Below, one piece after another: positions 9,844-20,894 of a DNA stretch of 64,000 nt. Positions within the stretch are counted from its first letter, which is position 1. Every line of letters begins with the position of its first letter. The position numbers and the translations under genes were made by a program. The stretch comes from Bacilli bacterium. Lineage in GTDB: Bacteria > Bacillota_I > Bacilli_A > RF39 > UBA660. The notes under the pieces were generated by a model that was given only the letters and a program-made list of their open reading frames with translations, had not been told where the DNA came from and did no database searches. The stretch spans positions 623 through 64,622 of the forward strand of contig JAFRUZ010000002.1 in NCBI GenBank assembly GCA_017438635.1, in the 5' to 3' direction.

Positions 9844-12384
9844 TTATCTATTATCATTTATAATTGTATCTATTTCTTTTAGTTTATCATCTATTTCTAA
9901 TAATGATATTTGATGAGGTTGTTCTAAAACTTCAACAACTTCTTCCTCTTCTTCAACTTCTACATCATCTAAAGTTTCTATTTTCTTTTGGCAGAATACT
10001 GCATCTATATCTTGCTTAGAAATAGTAGAACCTGTTTTATAACGATCAGAAATAGCAATCTCTGTATTCTTTATATAACTTATATCTTCACCTTTTTTAA
10101 GCCCTATATAAGCACGACTTTCAGTAGTGATAGCACTTATTACTTTATATGGATTAGTCTTAACTTCACGAAGTATTACTAAGCCTCTTCTTGCTCTTGA
10201 TGCCTTTTCAAATTCATCTAGTTTAACCCTTTTAGCAGTTCCCTTATCAGTAAATATTGTAATATATTCAAGTGATGAATCAAAATTACTTGCACTTACT
10301 ACAACATCACCTTTTAAATTAATTGATTTAACACCCGAAGATTTTATACCAGATAAAGGAATTTCGGAAACATCAAACCAAAGCCCATATCCTTTATCAG
10401 TAGCAACAAATATATCGCTTTTATCATCTTCAAATATACTTATTACTTCATCTCCAGATTTTAATTTCATACAAGCCATTGGTTTTGAATAACGACTAAC
10501 TTTAAACTCTGAAAGAGATGTCTTTTTAATCATACCTAGTTTACTAGCAATAACTACATTAACTTTTTTATTAAAGTCTTTTACAGGAATACATCCTATA
10601 ACTTCTTCATTTTCTGCAAGTTTTATTATATTACTTATATGCTTACCAAGTTGCTTCCATTTTATATCAGGTATTTCATGAACAGGTAAGAATAAATAAT
10701 TACCTAGATTAGTAAACAATAGAACTGTATCAAGAGTATTTAATTGATATAAACCAATTACGTAATCTCCTTCTTTTAAAAGTGGATCTTCTGTATTAGC
10801 TTTATACCCTCTCATAGAAGTTCTCTTAACATAACCATCTTTTGTAATTAAAGCTACAACTTCTTCACTTGGTATCATATCTTTTTCATCTATTTTTATT
10901 GTTGCTTCTTCTTCTGAAATAACTGTCTTTCTAGGAACAGCATATTCCTTCTTCATAGCTTTAAGTTCAGCTTTCATAACTTTCTTTAATTCTTCTTCAT
11001 CTTCAAGTATTTTTGTTAAAGCAGAAATAATTATACTTAAATTTTTAAGTTCTTCTTCTAAAGTAACAATATCAGTATTAGTTAATCTATATAATTGTAA
11101 TACTACAATCGCTTCTGCTTGATCTATAGTAAACCCAAATTCTTTTACTAAATTATCTTTAGCATCTCCTTTATTTTTACTAGCACGAATTACTTTTATT
11201 ACTTCATCTAAAATTGAAATTGCTTTTATTAAACCTTCAACAATATGAAGTCTTTTTTTAGCATGTGCTAAATCAAAAGCAGTTCTTTTTAGTACAACTT
11301 CTCTATAGTGAGCAAGATGAGCATCTAATATATCAAGTATTCCAAGCTGTCTAGGTCTTCTATTTACAATAGCAATCATATTGTAATTATATGTAGTTTG
11401 AAGTTCTGTATTTTTATATAAATAGTTAAGTATTAAATCAGTGTTAGCACCTGCTTTTAATTCTATAACTAAACGTATACCATCTTTATCTGTCTCATCA
11501 CGGACTTCTGCAATACCTTCAATTTTTTTATCAATTCTTATTTCATCTATTTTACGAGCAATATTACTTTTTATTACCTCAAAAGGTATTTCTGTAACAA
11601 TAATACTAGTCTTACCTTTTACTTTTTCAAGTTCTACTTTTGCACGTACTGTTATCCTTCCTCTTCCAGAAGTAAAAGCATCTACAATTCCTTGAGAGTC
11701 ATATACGACACCTCCAGTAGGAAAATCAGGACCTTTTACTATTTCCATAATTGTTTCAAGTCTACAATTAGGACTATCTATTCTCTTAATAGTAGCATCT
11801 ATTATTTCCCCCAAATTATGTGGAGGTATATTAGTAGCATAACCTGCACTTATTCCTGTAGCACCATTTACAAGTAAATTAGGAAACTTAGCAGGAAGTA
11901 CAGTAGGTTCCATTTCAGTATCATCAAAATTTGGAGCCCAAACTACTGTATCTTTATCAATATCTTTTAATAACTCATTACTAACTTTTGCTAAGCGAGC
12001 CTCAGTATAACGCATTGCAGCAGGACTATCACCATCTATTGATCCATTATTGCCTTGCATATCTATATATGGAGTATTTTGTTTCCACCACTGACTCATA
12101 CGAACCATAGCATCATAGATAGAACTATCACCATGAGGATGATAATTACCCATTATATGACCAACAGTTTTAGCACTTTTTCTATATGGCTTATCATAAG
12201 TATTTCTTTCTCTAAACATTCCATATAATATTCTTCTTTGAACTGGCTTTAATCCATCACGCACATCTGGAATAGCACGATCTTGAATAATATATTTAGA
12301 ATATCTGCCAAAAGATTGACCCATTATTTCTTCTAAAGAATAGTTGTAAATTTTTTCTAATATGGCATTTGTAGAACTCTTCAT
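9844..12384 (-). CDS. parC: DNA topoisomerase IV subunit A
   Basis: [37 protein letters not shown]; C-terminal pinwheel without GyrA box. Confidence 0.93.
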   Translation of the reverse strand: MKSSTNAILEKIYNYSLEEIMGQSFGRYSKYIIQDRAIPDVRDGLKPVQRRILYGMFRERNTYDKPYRKSAKTVGHIMGNYHPHGDSSIYDAMVRMSQWWKQNTPYIDMQGNNGSIDGDSPAAMRYTEARLAKVSNELLKDIDKDTVVWAPNFDDTEMEPTVLPAKFPNLLVNGATGISAGYATNIPPHNLGEIIDATIKRIDSPNCRLETIMEIVKGPDFPTGGVVYDSQGIVDAFTSGRGRITVRAKVELEKVKGKTSIIVTEIPFEVIKSNIARKIDEIRIDKKIEGIAEVRDETDKDGIRLVIELKAGANTDLILNYLYKNTELQTTYNYNMIAIVNRRPRQLGILDILDAHLAHYREVVLKRTAFDLAHAKKRLHIVEGLIKAISILDEVIKVIRASKNKGDAKDNLVKEFGFTIDQAEAIVVLQLYRLTNTDIVTLEEELKNLSIIISALTKILEDEEELKKVMKAELKAMKKEYAVPRKTVISEEEATIKIDEKDMIPSEEVVALITKDGYVKRTSMRGYKANTEDPLLKEGDYVIGLYQLNTLDTVLLFTNLGNYLFLPVHEIPDIKWKQLGKHISNIIKLAENEEVIGCIPVKDFNKKVNVVIASKLGMIKKTSLSEFKVSRYSKPMACMKLKSGDEVISIFEDDKSDIFVATDKGYGLWFDVSEIPLSGIKSSGVKSINLKGDVVVSASNFDSSLEYITIFTDKGTAKRVKLDEFEKASRARRGLVILREVKTNPYKVISAITTESRAYIGLKKGEDISYIKNTEIAISDRYKTGSTISKQDIDAVFCQKKIETLDDVEVEEEEEVVEVLEQPHQISLLEIDDKLKEIDTIINDNR

Positions 12385-12498
12385 CTTTATCACCATTAAT
12401 ATTGTATCAGAAAAAACAATGATTTGACAAATATTTACTACTCTTTTACGTAAATATACACATAAAAACTGAGTTTTTCACTCAGTCTTTAAATTATC

Positions 12499-14892
12499 TT
12501 ATTTAACAACTACACTTACTATTCTATCTTTTATAACTATTACTTTAACTATTTCTTTTCCTTCAGTATGTTTTTTAACATTATCTTCACTCAAAGCTTT
12601 TTCTTTTATATCTTCTTCAGTATCATTATCTGTAATAGTTATATTGCCACGAACTTTTCCATTTACTTGTACTGCTATTTGCTTTTCTTCTTCCTTTGTT
12701 TTTTCTTCATCATATTCTGGCCATGACTCATTAGCAATTGTTTTATCATGTCCTAAAATACTCCAAAGTTCTTCAGTTATAAATGGTGCTACAGGATTTA
12801 ATAATTTTAAAAATCCTTCTGCATATTCTTTAGGAAATACTTCTTCTTTATAAACTGCATTTACAAATATCATCATTTGAGCAATAGCAGTATTAGCACT
12901 TAAGTTTTCATAGTCATTTGTAACTTTTTTAACTGTTTGATGATATACAGTTTCTAGTTTCTTATTAGTTTCATCTTTTATCTTTTTTTCTTCAGTATAA
13001 AGTCTCCATACTCTATCCAAGAATCTTCTTGAGCCTTCGACACCTGTATCTGACCATGGCTTATCAGCATCAAGTGGTCCCATAAACATTTCATATAATC
13101 TTAATGTATCTGCCCCATACTTTTCTACTATATCATTTGGATCAACAGCATATTTTGGATGACGTTTACCCATTTTTAAACCATTACTTCCTAAAATCAT
13201 ACCTTGATGTCTTAACTTTTTAAACGGTTCTTTATAAGGCACTAAACCTTTATCATACAAATATTCATTCCACATTCTAGCATATAGTAAATGACCTACT
13301 GAATGTTCTGGACCTCCAACATATAAATCTACTGGCATCCAATGTTTTAATAATTCATAATTTGCAAATTCCTTATCATTATGTGGATCTATATATCTTA
13401 AGAAATACCAACTTGAACCTGCAGAACCAGGCATAGTAGAAGTCTCTCTTTTACCTTTCTTACCATTGTAAGTAACATTAACCCAGTCTTCATTCTTAGC
13501 AAGCGGACTACTTCCATCTTTACTAGGAGCATAATCCTCAAGTTCTGGCAATACTAGTGGTAAATCTTTATCATCTAAAACTCCTTCACTTCCATCTTCA
13601 TAATGAATTATTGGAATAGGTTCTCCCCAATATCTTTGTCTAGCAAATATCCAATTTCTAATTTTATAATTGATTTGTTTCTTACCAAGATTATTCTCTT
13701 CAAGCCATGAATTCATTTTAGAAAGAGCTTCTTCTTTATTTAATCCATCTAAGAAATCAGAATTAATATGTACTCCATCTCCTACAAAAGCTTCTTTTTT
13801 TATATCTCCACCTTCTAAAACAGGAATAATTTTAATATCAAATTTCTTAGCAAATTCATAATCTCTTTCATCATGTGCTGGTACTGCCATAATAGCACCT
13901 GTTCCATAAGTAACTAAAACATAATCACTTATCCAAATTGGAAGTTCTTTACCATTTGCAGGATTAATAGCATAAGCACCAGTAAATACTCCCGTTTTTT
14001 CTTTATTAAGTTCTGTACGCTCTAAATCTGATTTTGAAGCGCATTCCTTTTTATAGTTTTCAACTTCTTCTTTATGTTCTTCAGTTGTTATTTTATCAAC
14101 TAATTCATGTTCTGGAGATAAAACACAATATGTAGCACCAAATAAAGTATCACTTCTAGTAGTAAACACTGTGAACTTTTCTTCACTATCTTTTACTTTA
14201 AAATCTATTAAAGCACCTTCACTTTTACCAATCCAGTTTCTTTGTACTTCTTTAGTAGATTCAGGCCAGTCTAATTCATCTAATCCGTTTAATAATTCTT
14301 CTGCATATTTAGGAATTTCTATAACCCATTGCATCATATTCTTTCTAACAACAGGAAATCCGCCTCTTTCACTTTTTCCATCAATAACTTCGTCATTAGC
14401 AAGAACTGTTCCTAATTCTTCACACCAGTTAACAGGCATTTCTACTTCTTTAGCAAGTCCATCTTCATAAAGCCTTTTAAATATCCATTGTGTCCATTTA
14501 TAAAAATCAGGATCAGTAGTAGAAAACTCTCTATCCCAGTCATAAGAAAAGCCAAGATTCTTTAATTGTTTTCTAAAATTATCAATGTTTTCAAAAGTAA
14601 ACTTACTAGGATGGTTCCCAGTATTAATAGCATATTGCTCAGCAGGTAAACCAAAAGAATCAAATCCCATAGGATGAAGGACATTAAAACCTTGCATCTT
14701 TTTCATTCTACAAACTATATCTGTAGCAGTATATCCTTCAGGATGCCCTGCATGTATTCCTACTCCACTTGGATAAGGAAACATATCAAGAGCATAAAAC
14801 TTTGGTTTACTAAAATCTTTTATATCTGTTTTAAAAGTACTATTTTCTTCCCAATACTTTTTCCATTTTTCTTCTATTTGTTTATGATTCAT
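12499..14892 (-). CDS. leuS: Leucine--tRNA ligase
   Basis: MFPYPSG, editing domain [28 protein letters not shown]; signature variants HAGH and KMGKR. Confidence 0.96.
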   Translation of the reverse strand: MNHKQIEEKWKKYWEENSTFKTDIKDFSKPKFYALDMFPYPSGVGIHAGHPEGYTATDIVCRMKKMQGFNVLHPMGFDSFGLPAEQYAINTGNHPSKFTFENIDNFRKQLKNLGFSYDWDREFSTTDPDFYKWTQWIFKRLYEDGLAKEVEMPVNWCEELGTVLANDEVIDGKSERGGFPVVRKNMMQWVIEIPKYAEELLNGLDELDWPESTKEVQRNWIGKSEGALIDFKVKDSEEKFTVFTTRSDTLFGATYCVLSPEHELVDKITTEEHKEEVENYKKECASKSDLERTELNKEKTGVFTGAYAINPANGKELPIWISDYVLVTYGTGAIMAVPAHDERDYEFAKKFDIKIIPVLEGGDIKKEAFVGDGVHINSDFLDGLNKEEALSKMNSWLEENNLGKKQINYKIRNWIFARQRYWGEPIPIIHYEDGSEGVLDDKDLPLVLPELEDYAPSKDGSSPLAKNEDWVNVTYNGKKGKRETSTMPGSAGSSWYFLRYIDPHNDKEFANYELLKHWMPVDLYVGGPEHSVGHLLYARMWNEYLYDKGLVPYKEPFKKLRHQGMILGSNGLKMGKRHPKYAVDPNDIVEKYGADTLRLYEMFMGPLDADKPWSDTGVEGSRRFLDRVWRLYTEEKKIKDETNKKLETVYHQTVKKVTNDYENLSANTAIAQMMIFVNAVYKEEVFPKEYAEGFLKLLNPVAPFITEELWSILGHDKTIANESWPEYDEEKTKEEEKQIAVQVNGKVRGNITITDNDTEEDIKEKALSEDNVKKHTEGKEIVKVIVIKDRIVSVVVK

Positions 14893-15247
14893 CTTCTGTC
14901 ATTCCTTTCTTTTTTAGTATTAAACCAATTCCATTATAACTAAGATATAAGAGCAATAACATTGCAGGAATAGCTATAACAAACTTTAAAAGAATATTAT
15001 CAACAATATTAGTAAGTAAAAGTACTAAACCTATATTTATAGCATTAGTAGTAGTAACTATACGCATTAATTCTTTATAATTCATTTTTTTCATATTAAC
15101 TTTTTGTGTTTTTATAAAAACCTTAACATCAGTAGGTACATTATTCTTATTAAATTTTTTAATATTTCTAAGATCTACAAATTTATAATATAACAGTACC
15201 AAAACAACCGCTATTAAAAACTCCCCAATATAAAAATACAATTTCAT
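14882..15247 (-). CDS. Small membrane protein (about 3 TM), overlaps leuS start
   Basis: Hydrophobic segments; ORF track; likely start MKLY. Confidence 0.7.
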   Translation of the reverse strand: MKLYFYIGEFLIAVVLVLLYYKFVDLRNIKKFNKNNVPTDVKVFIKTQKVNMKKMNYKELMRIVTTTNAINIGLVLLLTNIVDNILLKFVIAIPAMLLLLYLSYNGIGLILKKKGMTEDES

Positions 15248-15330
15248 AAAAATCACTTCTTTCCAACATAATTCCCTTATATTATAATATTTTTCATAAA
15301 AATAGTAAATAAGAATTAAGAAAAGAAAAC

Positions 15331-15395
15331 AAAAAAAGTCTATTGCAAAAGCAATAAGACTTATTTAGCTGTTACAACCCCCAATACTAACAACC
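15331..15395 (-). ncRNA. Candidate ~65-nt small RNA
   Basis: Lies between a consensus promoter and an intrinsic terminator (GTCTTATTGC-TTTT-GCAATAGAC-T7); internal hairpin GTTGTTA/TAACAGC. Confidence 0.55.
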
Positions 15396-15401
15396 GGCAT
15401 A

Positions 15402-15430
15402 ATTATACCACATAAACCATTTTTTGTCAA
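15402..15430 (-). promoter_or_regulatory. Consensus sigma-A promoter with extended -10
   Basis: TTGACA-17nt-TATAAT with TG at -15/-14. Confidence 0.8.
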
Positions 15431-15440
15431 TAAAATGGGC

Positions 15441-16262
15441 TTAATGGCCCTGGCAGTTAGGACAATAATAACTACCTCTTCCCCCAATTTTTTCTTTAAC
15501 TATAGCTTCTTTACATAATTTACAAGGTTCTTTTTCTCTCATATGAACGTATAAATTATTCTGATTATTACCCTTTACTCCTTCTTCAGAAGTATAACTT
15601 CTTATAGTTGTTCCTTTTTCATCAATTGCCTTATCAAGTACTTGTTTTGTATTATCAATAATACTTTGTAATTCTTTTGTTTCTAAATCCTTTGCCTTTT
15701 TATGAGGATTTATTTTCGATAAAAACAGTATTTCATCAGCATATATATTACCTATTCCAGTTATTATACTTTGATCAAGTAATACTGTTTTAATAGGAAG
15801 ATTTTTTCTTTTATATTTTTCTTTTAAATAAGAAGAATCTAGATTATCATCCCAAGGTTCTAATCCTAATTTAGAAATAGGGCTATTTCCAACATCTTCT
15901 TTTTTTATTAAGTACATTTTCCCAAACTTTCTAACATCTCTATATCTTAAAGATATATCATTATCTATATTGAATAAAACTAATTGATGTCTTTCAATTG
16001 GATCATTAATGTTTCTATAAACATATTTCCCTTCCATACGAAGATGACTTAATAAGTAATAATCATCAAGAACAAACTCTAACCATTTACCTCTTCTTAA
16101 TATATCGTTTATAGTTTGATTCTTTATATTTTGTTTCACTTTTTCTATATCCTGTTTTTCAAACACATTATTATGCAAAATAGTTATTTCTTTAATTTGC
16201 TTTCCTTTTAATTTTTTTAAAAGAGCTCGTCTTACTGTCTCTACTTCAGGTAGTTCAGGCAT
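15441..16262 (-). CDS. mutM: Formamidopyrimidine-DNA glycosylase
   Basis: MPELPEVE, HLRMEG, GIGNIYADE, C-terminal zinc finger. Confidence 0.96.
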   Translation of the reverse strand: MPELPEVETVRRALLKKLKGKQIKEITILHNNVFEKQDIEKVKQNIKNQTINDILRRGKWLEFVLDDYYLLSHLRMEGKYVYRNINDPIERHQLVLFNIDNDISLRYRDVRKFGKMYLIKKEDVGNSPISKLGLEPWDDNLDSSYLKEKYKRKNLPIKTVLLDQSIITGIGNIYADEILFLSKINPHKKAKDLETKELQSIIDNTKQVLDKAIDEKGTTIRSYTSEEGVKGNNQNNLYVHMREKEPCKLCKEAIVKEKIGGRGSYYCPNCQGH

Positions 16263-16276
16263 ATTATACTTCCTTT

Positions 16277-18844
16277 CTATTTTGCTTCATACCAATTGTT
16301 TCCATAATTGATATCAACTTTTAATGGCACTTTTAATTTACAAGCATTTTCCATTTTATTCTGTAATATTTCTTTTACTTTGTCTAATTCATCTTTTGGA
16401 CAATCTATTAATAATTCATCATGTACTTGAATTATTAGTTTAGCTTTTATTTTTTGTTTTTTAAATTCATTATATAAATTAACCATAGCTATTTTTATTA
16501 TATCTGCACTTGTTCCTTGTATCGGAGTATTAAGAGCCATTCTTTCTCCAGAAGATCTAACCATAAAGTTATTACTAGAAAGTTCATCAATTACTCTTTC
16601 TCTTCCAAATAATGTTTTTACATACCCGTTAGCATAAGCATCCTTTTTTAAAGATTCCATATAATCTTTTATACCAGGATATGTCTCTAAATAGTTATCA
16701 ATAAAATCTTTTGCTTCTTTTACATTTATTCCTAAATCTTCAGATAAACCAAAACTACTTATTCCGTATAATATTCCAAAATTTACAGCTTTAGCATTTC
16801 TTCTTAATCTTGGTGTTACTTTATCTTTTTCTATATGATATATATCCATAGCAGTTTTAGTATGAATATCCATATCATTTTTAAAAGCCTCTATTAAATT
16901 TTCAGCATTTGACATATGTGCAAAAACTCTAAGTTCTATTTGTGAATAATCACTAGATATTATTACTGAATTAAAACTAGGTATAAAGGCTTTTCTAATC
17001 AATCTACCGTAGTCTTCTCTAATTGGTATATTTTGAAGATTTGGACTTGTTGAAGATAATCTACCTGTTCTCGTTAGTGTCTCATTAAAAATAGTATGAA
17101 TCTTTCCATCTTCTTTTATAAAATCCATAAGTCCTACTATGTAATTAGAATATAGTTTTGTTAAAGTACGATATTCTAATATTTTATCTACTATTTCATA
17201 ATCTTTTAATTTATTTAAAATATCAACACTTGTAGAATAGCTTTTATCAGCCTTCACTTTTTTAGGATAAGGCATTCCTAAATCTTCGAAAAGAACTACT
17301 CCAAGTTGTTTTGGACTATTTATATTAAATTCATCATTATTAGCAAGAGTATGTATTTCTTTTTCTAAATCCTCTATTTTTTTATTTACTTCATCTTTCA
17401 TTTTCAATAAATAATTTTTATCTACACTTACTCCTTCATATTCCATACTTGCTAAAACATAACAAAGTGGAAGATCTATATCTTCATAAATAGATAAAAA
17501 ATCTTTTTTTATTAACTCCTCGTAATACTTAGTTCTATTTTCAAAAATAAATTTAGTCTTTTTAACAATATTATCAGAAAACTCTTTTTTATCAATTTTA
17601 TCTTTTTTCTTTAATAATTCTTCTGTTTCAATACTACTATAACCTGCAATACTCATTAAATAAGATATATCTTCTTTAATAGGATAATTAAGTATATATG
17701 TTTCAATGTTTAAATCATCAGTTTTATTATCTAAAACAATACCATTTAACTTTAATAGTATTAATAACTTCTTTAAATCATAAGTATAAAGATTTATATC
17801 TTTACCAAAACTTATATTTTTAATACTATCTTTTTCAAGATAATAACTTCCCTTTTTATTAACTATTCCAAGTCCTATTATTTTATTATCGTGATAGTTA
17901 CCCTCACACTCTATATAAATAGCACTATCAATATCTATATTTATACTATCTAGTACTTCATAATCTACTTCTTCTTTTTCTTCTTTAATATCTAACTTTT
18001 TTAGTAATGAAAAGAATTCATATTCTTTCATAAGAGGAATAAGTTTCGGAGTACTACCATTATACTTAATCTTATCTAAATCCTTATCAATAGGAACATC
18101 TCTATATATAGTAGCAAGTTCTTTTGAAAAAAAAGCATTATCTTTATCATTAAGTAATTTCTCTTTCATTTTTCCTTTTATTTCATCAATATGATCATAT
18201 AAATTTTCAATAGTACCATAATCTTGTATAAGTTTTATAGCAGTTTTTTCTCCAATACCTTTTACTCCAGGGATATTATCACTACTATCTCCCATAAGTC
18301 CTTTTAAATCAACCATTTGAAGAGGACTAAAACCATATGTTTCAACAAATGTTTTTTCATTCATTCTTATATAATCATTTGTTTTTAATAATTTAACTTC
18401 ATTATCAGATGATATAAGTTGTAATAAATCTTTATCACTACTTATAATAGTTGAAATAAAGTCATCTCTTTTATCTACTTCTTTAGCAAAAGTACCTATG
18501 ATGTCATCTGCTTCATAATTATCTATTTCAAAACATGGAATTCCCATTGCTTTAGCTATTTCTTTTGCTACTGGAAATTGCATTTTAAGTTCATCTGGTG
18601 TTTCCCTTCTTCCATCTTTATAACCATCATATTTTTCATGACGAAAAGTCTTTCCTTTATCAAAAGCAATCATCATATAAGAAGGATCTTCTTCAGATAT
18701 TATTTTATTTAACATATTAATGAATCCATATAATCCATTAGTAGGAAATCCTTTTGAATTACGAAGAATTGGTCCACGATAAGCAGTTGCATAATAACTC
18801 CTGAAAAGAAGATTATTTCCATCTACTAAGATAACTTTTTTCAT
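16277..18844 (-). CDS. polA: DNA polymerase I
   Basis: 5'-3' exonuclease (DGN, EADD, GDSSDNIPGV), DYSQIELR, KAVNFGILYG, QVHDEL. Confidence 0.97.
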   Translation of the reverse strand: MKKVILVDGNNLLFRSYYATAYRGPILRNSKGFPTNGLYGFINMLNKIISEEDPSYMMIAFDKGKTFRHEKYDGYKDGRRETPDELKMQFPVAKEIAKAMGIPCFEIDNYEADDIIGTFAKEVDKRDDFISTIISSDKDLLQLISSDNEVKLLKTNDYIRMNEKTFVETYGFSPLQMVDLKGLMGDSSDNIPGVKGIGEKTAIKLIQDYGTIENLYDHIDEIKGKMKEKLLNDKDNAFFSKELATIYRDVPIDKDLDKIKYNGSTPKLIPLMKEYEFFSLLKKLDIKEEKEEVDYEVLDSINIDIDSAIYIECEGNYHDNKIIGLGIVNKKGSYYLEKDSIKNISFGKDINLYTYDLKKLLILLKLNGIVLDNKTDDLNIETYILNYPIKEDISYLMSIAGYSSIETEELLKKKDKIDKKEFSDNIVKKTKFIFENRTKYYEELIKKDFLSIYEDIDLPLCYVLASMEYEGVSVDKNYLLKMKDEVNKKIEDLEKEIHTLANNDEFNINSPKQLGVVLFEDLGMPYPKKVKADKSYSTSVDILNKLKDYEIVDKILEYRTLTKLYSNYIVGLMDFIKEDGKIHTIFNETLTRTGRLSSTSPNLQNIPIREDYGRLIRKAFIPSFNSVIISSDYSQIELRVFAHMSNAENLIEAFKNDMDIHTKTAMDIYHIEKDKVTPRLRRNAKAVNFGILYGISSFGLSEDLGINVKEAKDFIDNYLETYPGIKDYMESLKKDAYANGYVKTLFGRERVIDELSSNNFMVRSSGERMALNTPIQGTSADIIKIAMVNLYNEFKKQKIKAKLIIQVHDELLIDCPKDELDKVKEILQNKMENACKLKVPLKVDINYGNNWYEAK

Positions 18845-18928
18845 ATATATCACCTAAAATTATTATAAAATATATTACAAAAAAAGTAAAAAGATATTGA
18901 ATTATTTTAAAAATATGTTATTATGTAA

Positions 18929-18946
18929 TTGTGAAGAATTTCACAA
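18929..18946. promoter_or_regulatory. Rex-type operator
   Basis: TTGTGAA-GAAT-TTCACAA matches both arms of the Rex consensus TTGTGAA-N4-TTCACAA. Confidence 0.65.
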
Positions 18947-19024
18947 AAAAGGAATGCTAAATTTTCGTATGTTAGGCATTACCTCTAGGGTTATGCACCA
19001 ACTAACTAGTTAGGTGCTTTTTTT
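18931..19024 (+). ncRNA. Candidate ~95-nt small RNA
   Basis: Upstream TTGAAT...TGTTATTAT promoter; hairpin AATGC(TAA)/(TTAG)GCATT; terminator GCACCAACT...AGTTAGGTGC-T7; no plus-strand gene follows. Confidence 0.55.
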
Positions 19025-19118
19025 ATTGTTTTTAAATTTATTTATATATATCTAGAAATATATTCAAATTTAAAAGTATAACTTATGCAAAACATAGAAA
19101 AAGAATAAAGTAAAAACT

Positions 19119-20894
19119 TTATTCTAATGTTTCAAACTGTGAATTATATAGCTCTGCATAGAAACCTTTTTTCTTTAGAAGTTCTTCATGATTTCCTTGT
19201 TCTACTATATTTCCTTCCTTCATTACAAGTATTAAATCAGCATTTTTTATAGTAGATAATCTATGAGCAATTATAAAACTAGTTCTACCTTTTGTTAATT
19301 TATCCATTGCTTTTTGCACTAATTCTTCAGTTCTAGTATCTACACTACTTGTTGCTTCATCAAGTATTAAGAATGGCTTATCTGACAAATAAGCTCTTGC
19401 TATAGTAAGTAATTGTTTTTGACCAGAAGATAACGATTCAGTTTCATTTAATTCTGTATTATATCCTTTAGAAAGTGTTTTTATAAAATGGTCTAACCCC
19501 ACTGCTTTACAGGCTTTTTCTACATCACTATCGCTTATTTTTTTATTGTTATATTTTACATTGTCATTAATAGTTCCTGTAAATACCCAAGTATCTTGAA
19601 GAACCATAGTAAATAAATCATGTATATTTTCTCTAGATAATTCTTTTATTGATATGCCATCTATTAATATATCTCCATCTTTTATATCATAAAATTTCAT
19701 AAGTAGATTTACCATTGTCGTTTTACCAGCTCCAGTAGGTCCAACAATAGCTATTTTTGAACCTGCTTTAGCATAAGCAGAGAATTTCTTGATAACTAAT
19801 TTATCATCATCATATCCAAATGATATATTATTAAACTCAATATCACCTTTTATTTTATCTTTATTTAAAACTTTCTTAACATCCTCTTTACTCATTTCTT
19901 CTTCTCCAAGGAAAGCAAATACTCTTCCTGAAGCTGCTGCAGCACTTTGTAATGTCGAAAATACCTGTGCTATTTGACTAAGTGGATTACTAAATAATCT
20001 AATATAAATCATAAATGCTACGATTACTCCGAATGTTATATTACCATTTATAACTAATATTGACCCTACAACGCATACTGCCACATAACCAAAGTTACCT
20101 ATAAATCCCATAAGAGGTGGCATAAGTCCAGATAAAAATTGACTTTTTCTATTACTTACATATAGTTTTTCATTTATAGAGTCAAACTTATTACTAGCGT
20201 CATCCATTGCATTATATAACTTAACTACTGTTTGACCAGCATATATTTCTTCAATATGTCCATTTAAATTACCAAGTTGTTCTTGTTGTTCATTAAAATA
20301 CTTTTGTGATTTACTTAGAATTAATCCCATAAAAGCAAACCCTATTAAACTAGATAGTATTGCAGTAATAGCCATTATATAATTAGTTTTAAACATCATA
20401 AATAGTGACCCTATGAATAATGTTGAACTTGTTACTAAAGTAGTAATGGTTTGATTTAATGTCATAGCAATTGTATCTACATCATTAGTTACCCTAGATA
20501 AAACATCTCCGAAAGCAGTTTTATCGAAATATCTAAGTGGTAATCTATTTATTTTTTCCCCTATTTCACTTCTTAATCCTTTAGCGCATCTATTAGTTAC
20601 AGTAGACATAATAAATCCTTGAATATATCCAAATACTGCCCCAATAACATATATAATTATTAAAAATATACCTATGCTCTTAACTTTATTTAAATCTATT
20701 CCTGTCATTATTCCTTCAGTTATTGTATCAGTCATATCTTTTAATTTATCAGGTCCAATTATTGAAATAACTGAACATATAAACGCTAGTATTACTGCAG
20801 GTATTATCAAATATAAATACTTTTTAATATAATTAAATAATTTTGAAATATTCTCTTTAAAATTAATATCTTTTTCTATTGTTCTATTATGCAT
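19119..20894 (-). CDS. ABC exporter, fused TMD-NBD (consensus-site half of heterodimer)
   Basis: GPTGAGKT, LSSGQKQ, LILDEATS, AHRLST; start MHNRT. Confidence 0.92.
   Translation of the reverse strand: MHNRTIEKDINFKENISKLFNYIKKYLYLIIPAVILAFICSVISIIGPDKLKDMTDTITEGIMTGIDLNKVKSIGIFLIIIYVIGAVFGYIQGFIMSTVTNRCAKGLRSEIGEKINRLPLRYFDKTAFGDVLSRVTNDVDTIAMTLNQTITTLVTSSTLFIGSLFMMFKTNYIMAITAILSSLIGFAFMGLILSKSQKYFNEQQEQLGNLNGHIEEIYAGQTVVKLYNAMDDASNKFDSINEKLYVSNRKSQFLSGLMPPLMGFIGNFGYVAVCVVGSILVINGNITFGVIVAFMIYIRLFSNPLSQIAQVFSTLQSAAAASGRVFAFLGEEEMSKEDVKKVLNKDKIKGDIEFNNISFGYDDDKLVIKKFSAYAKAGSKIAIVGPTGAGKTTMVNLLMKFYDIKDGDILIDGISIKELSRENIHDLFTMVLQDTWVFTGTINDNVKYNNKKISDSDVEKACKAVGLDHFIKTLSKGYNTELNETESLSSGQKQLLTIARAYLSDKPFLILDEATSSVDTRTEELVQKAMDKLTKGRTSFIIAHRLSTIKNADLILVMKEGNIVEQGNHEELLKKKGFYAELYNSQFETLE

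Noticed and set aside
15331-15400. T-box leader for leuS
   Set aside because: No AGGGTGGNACCGCG T-box sequence, no stem I, and far too short.
18905-18930. TTATGTAA resembling the XerD arm of dif
   Set aside because: The XerC arm does not match; better explained as a promoter -10 region.
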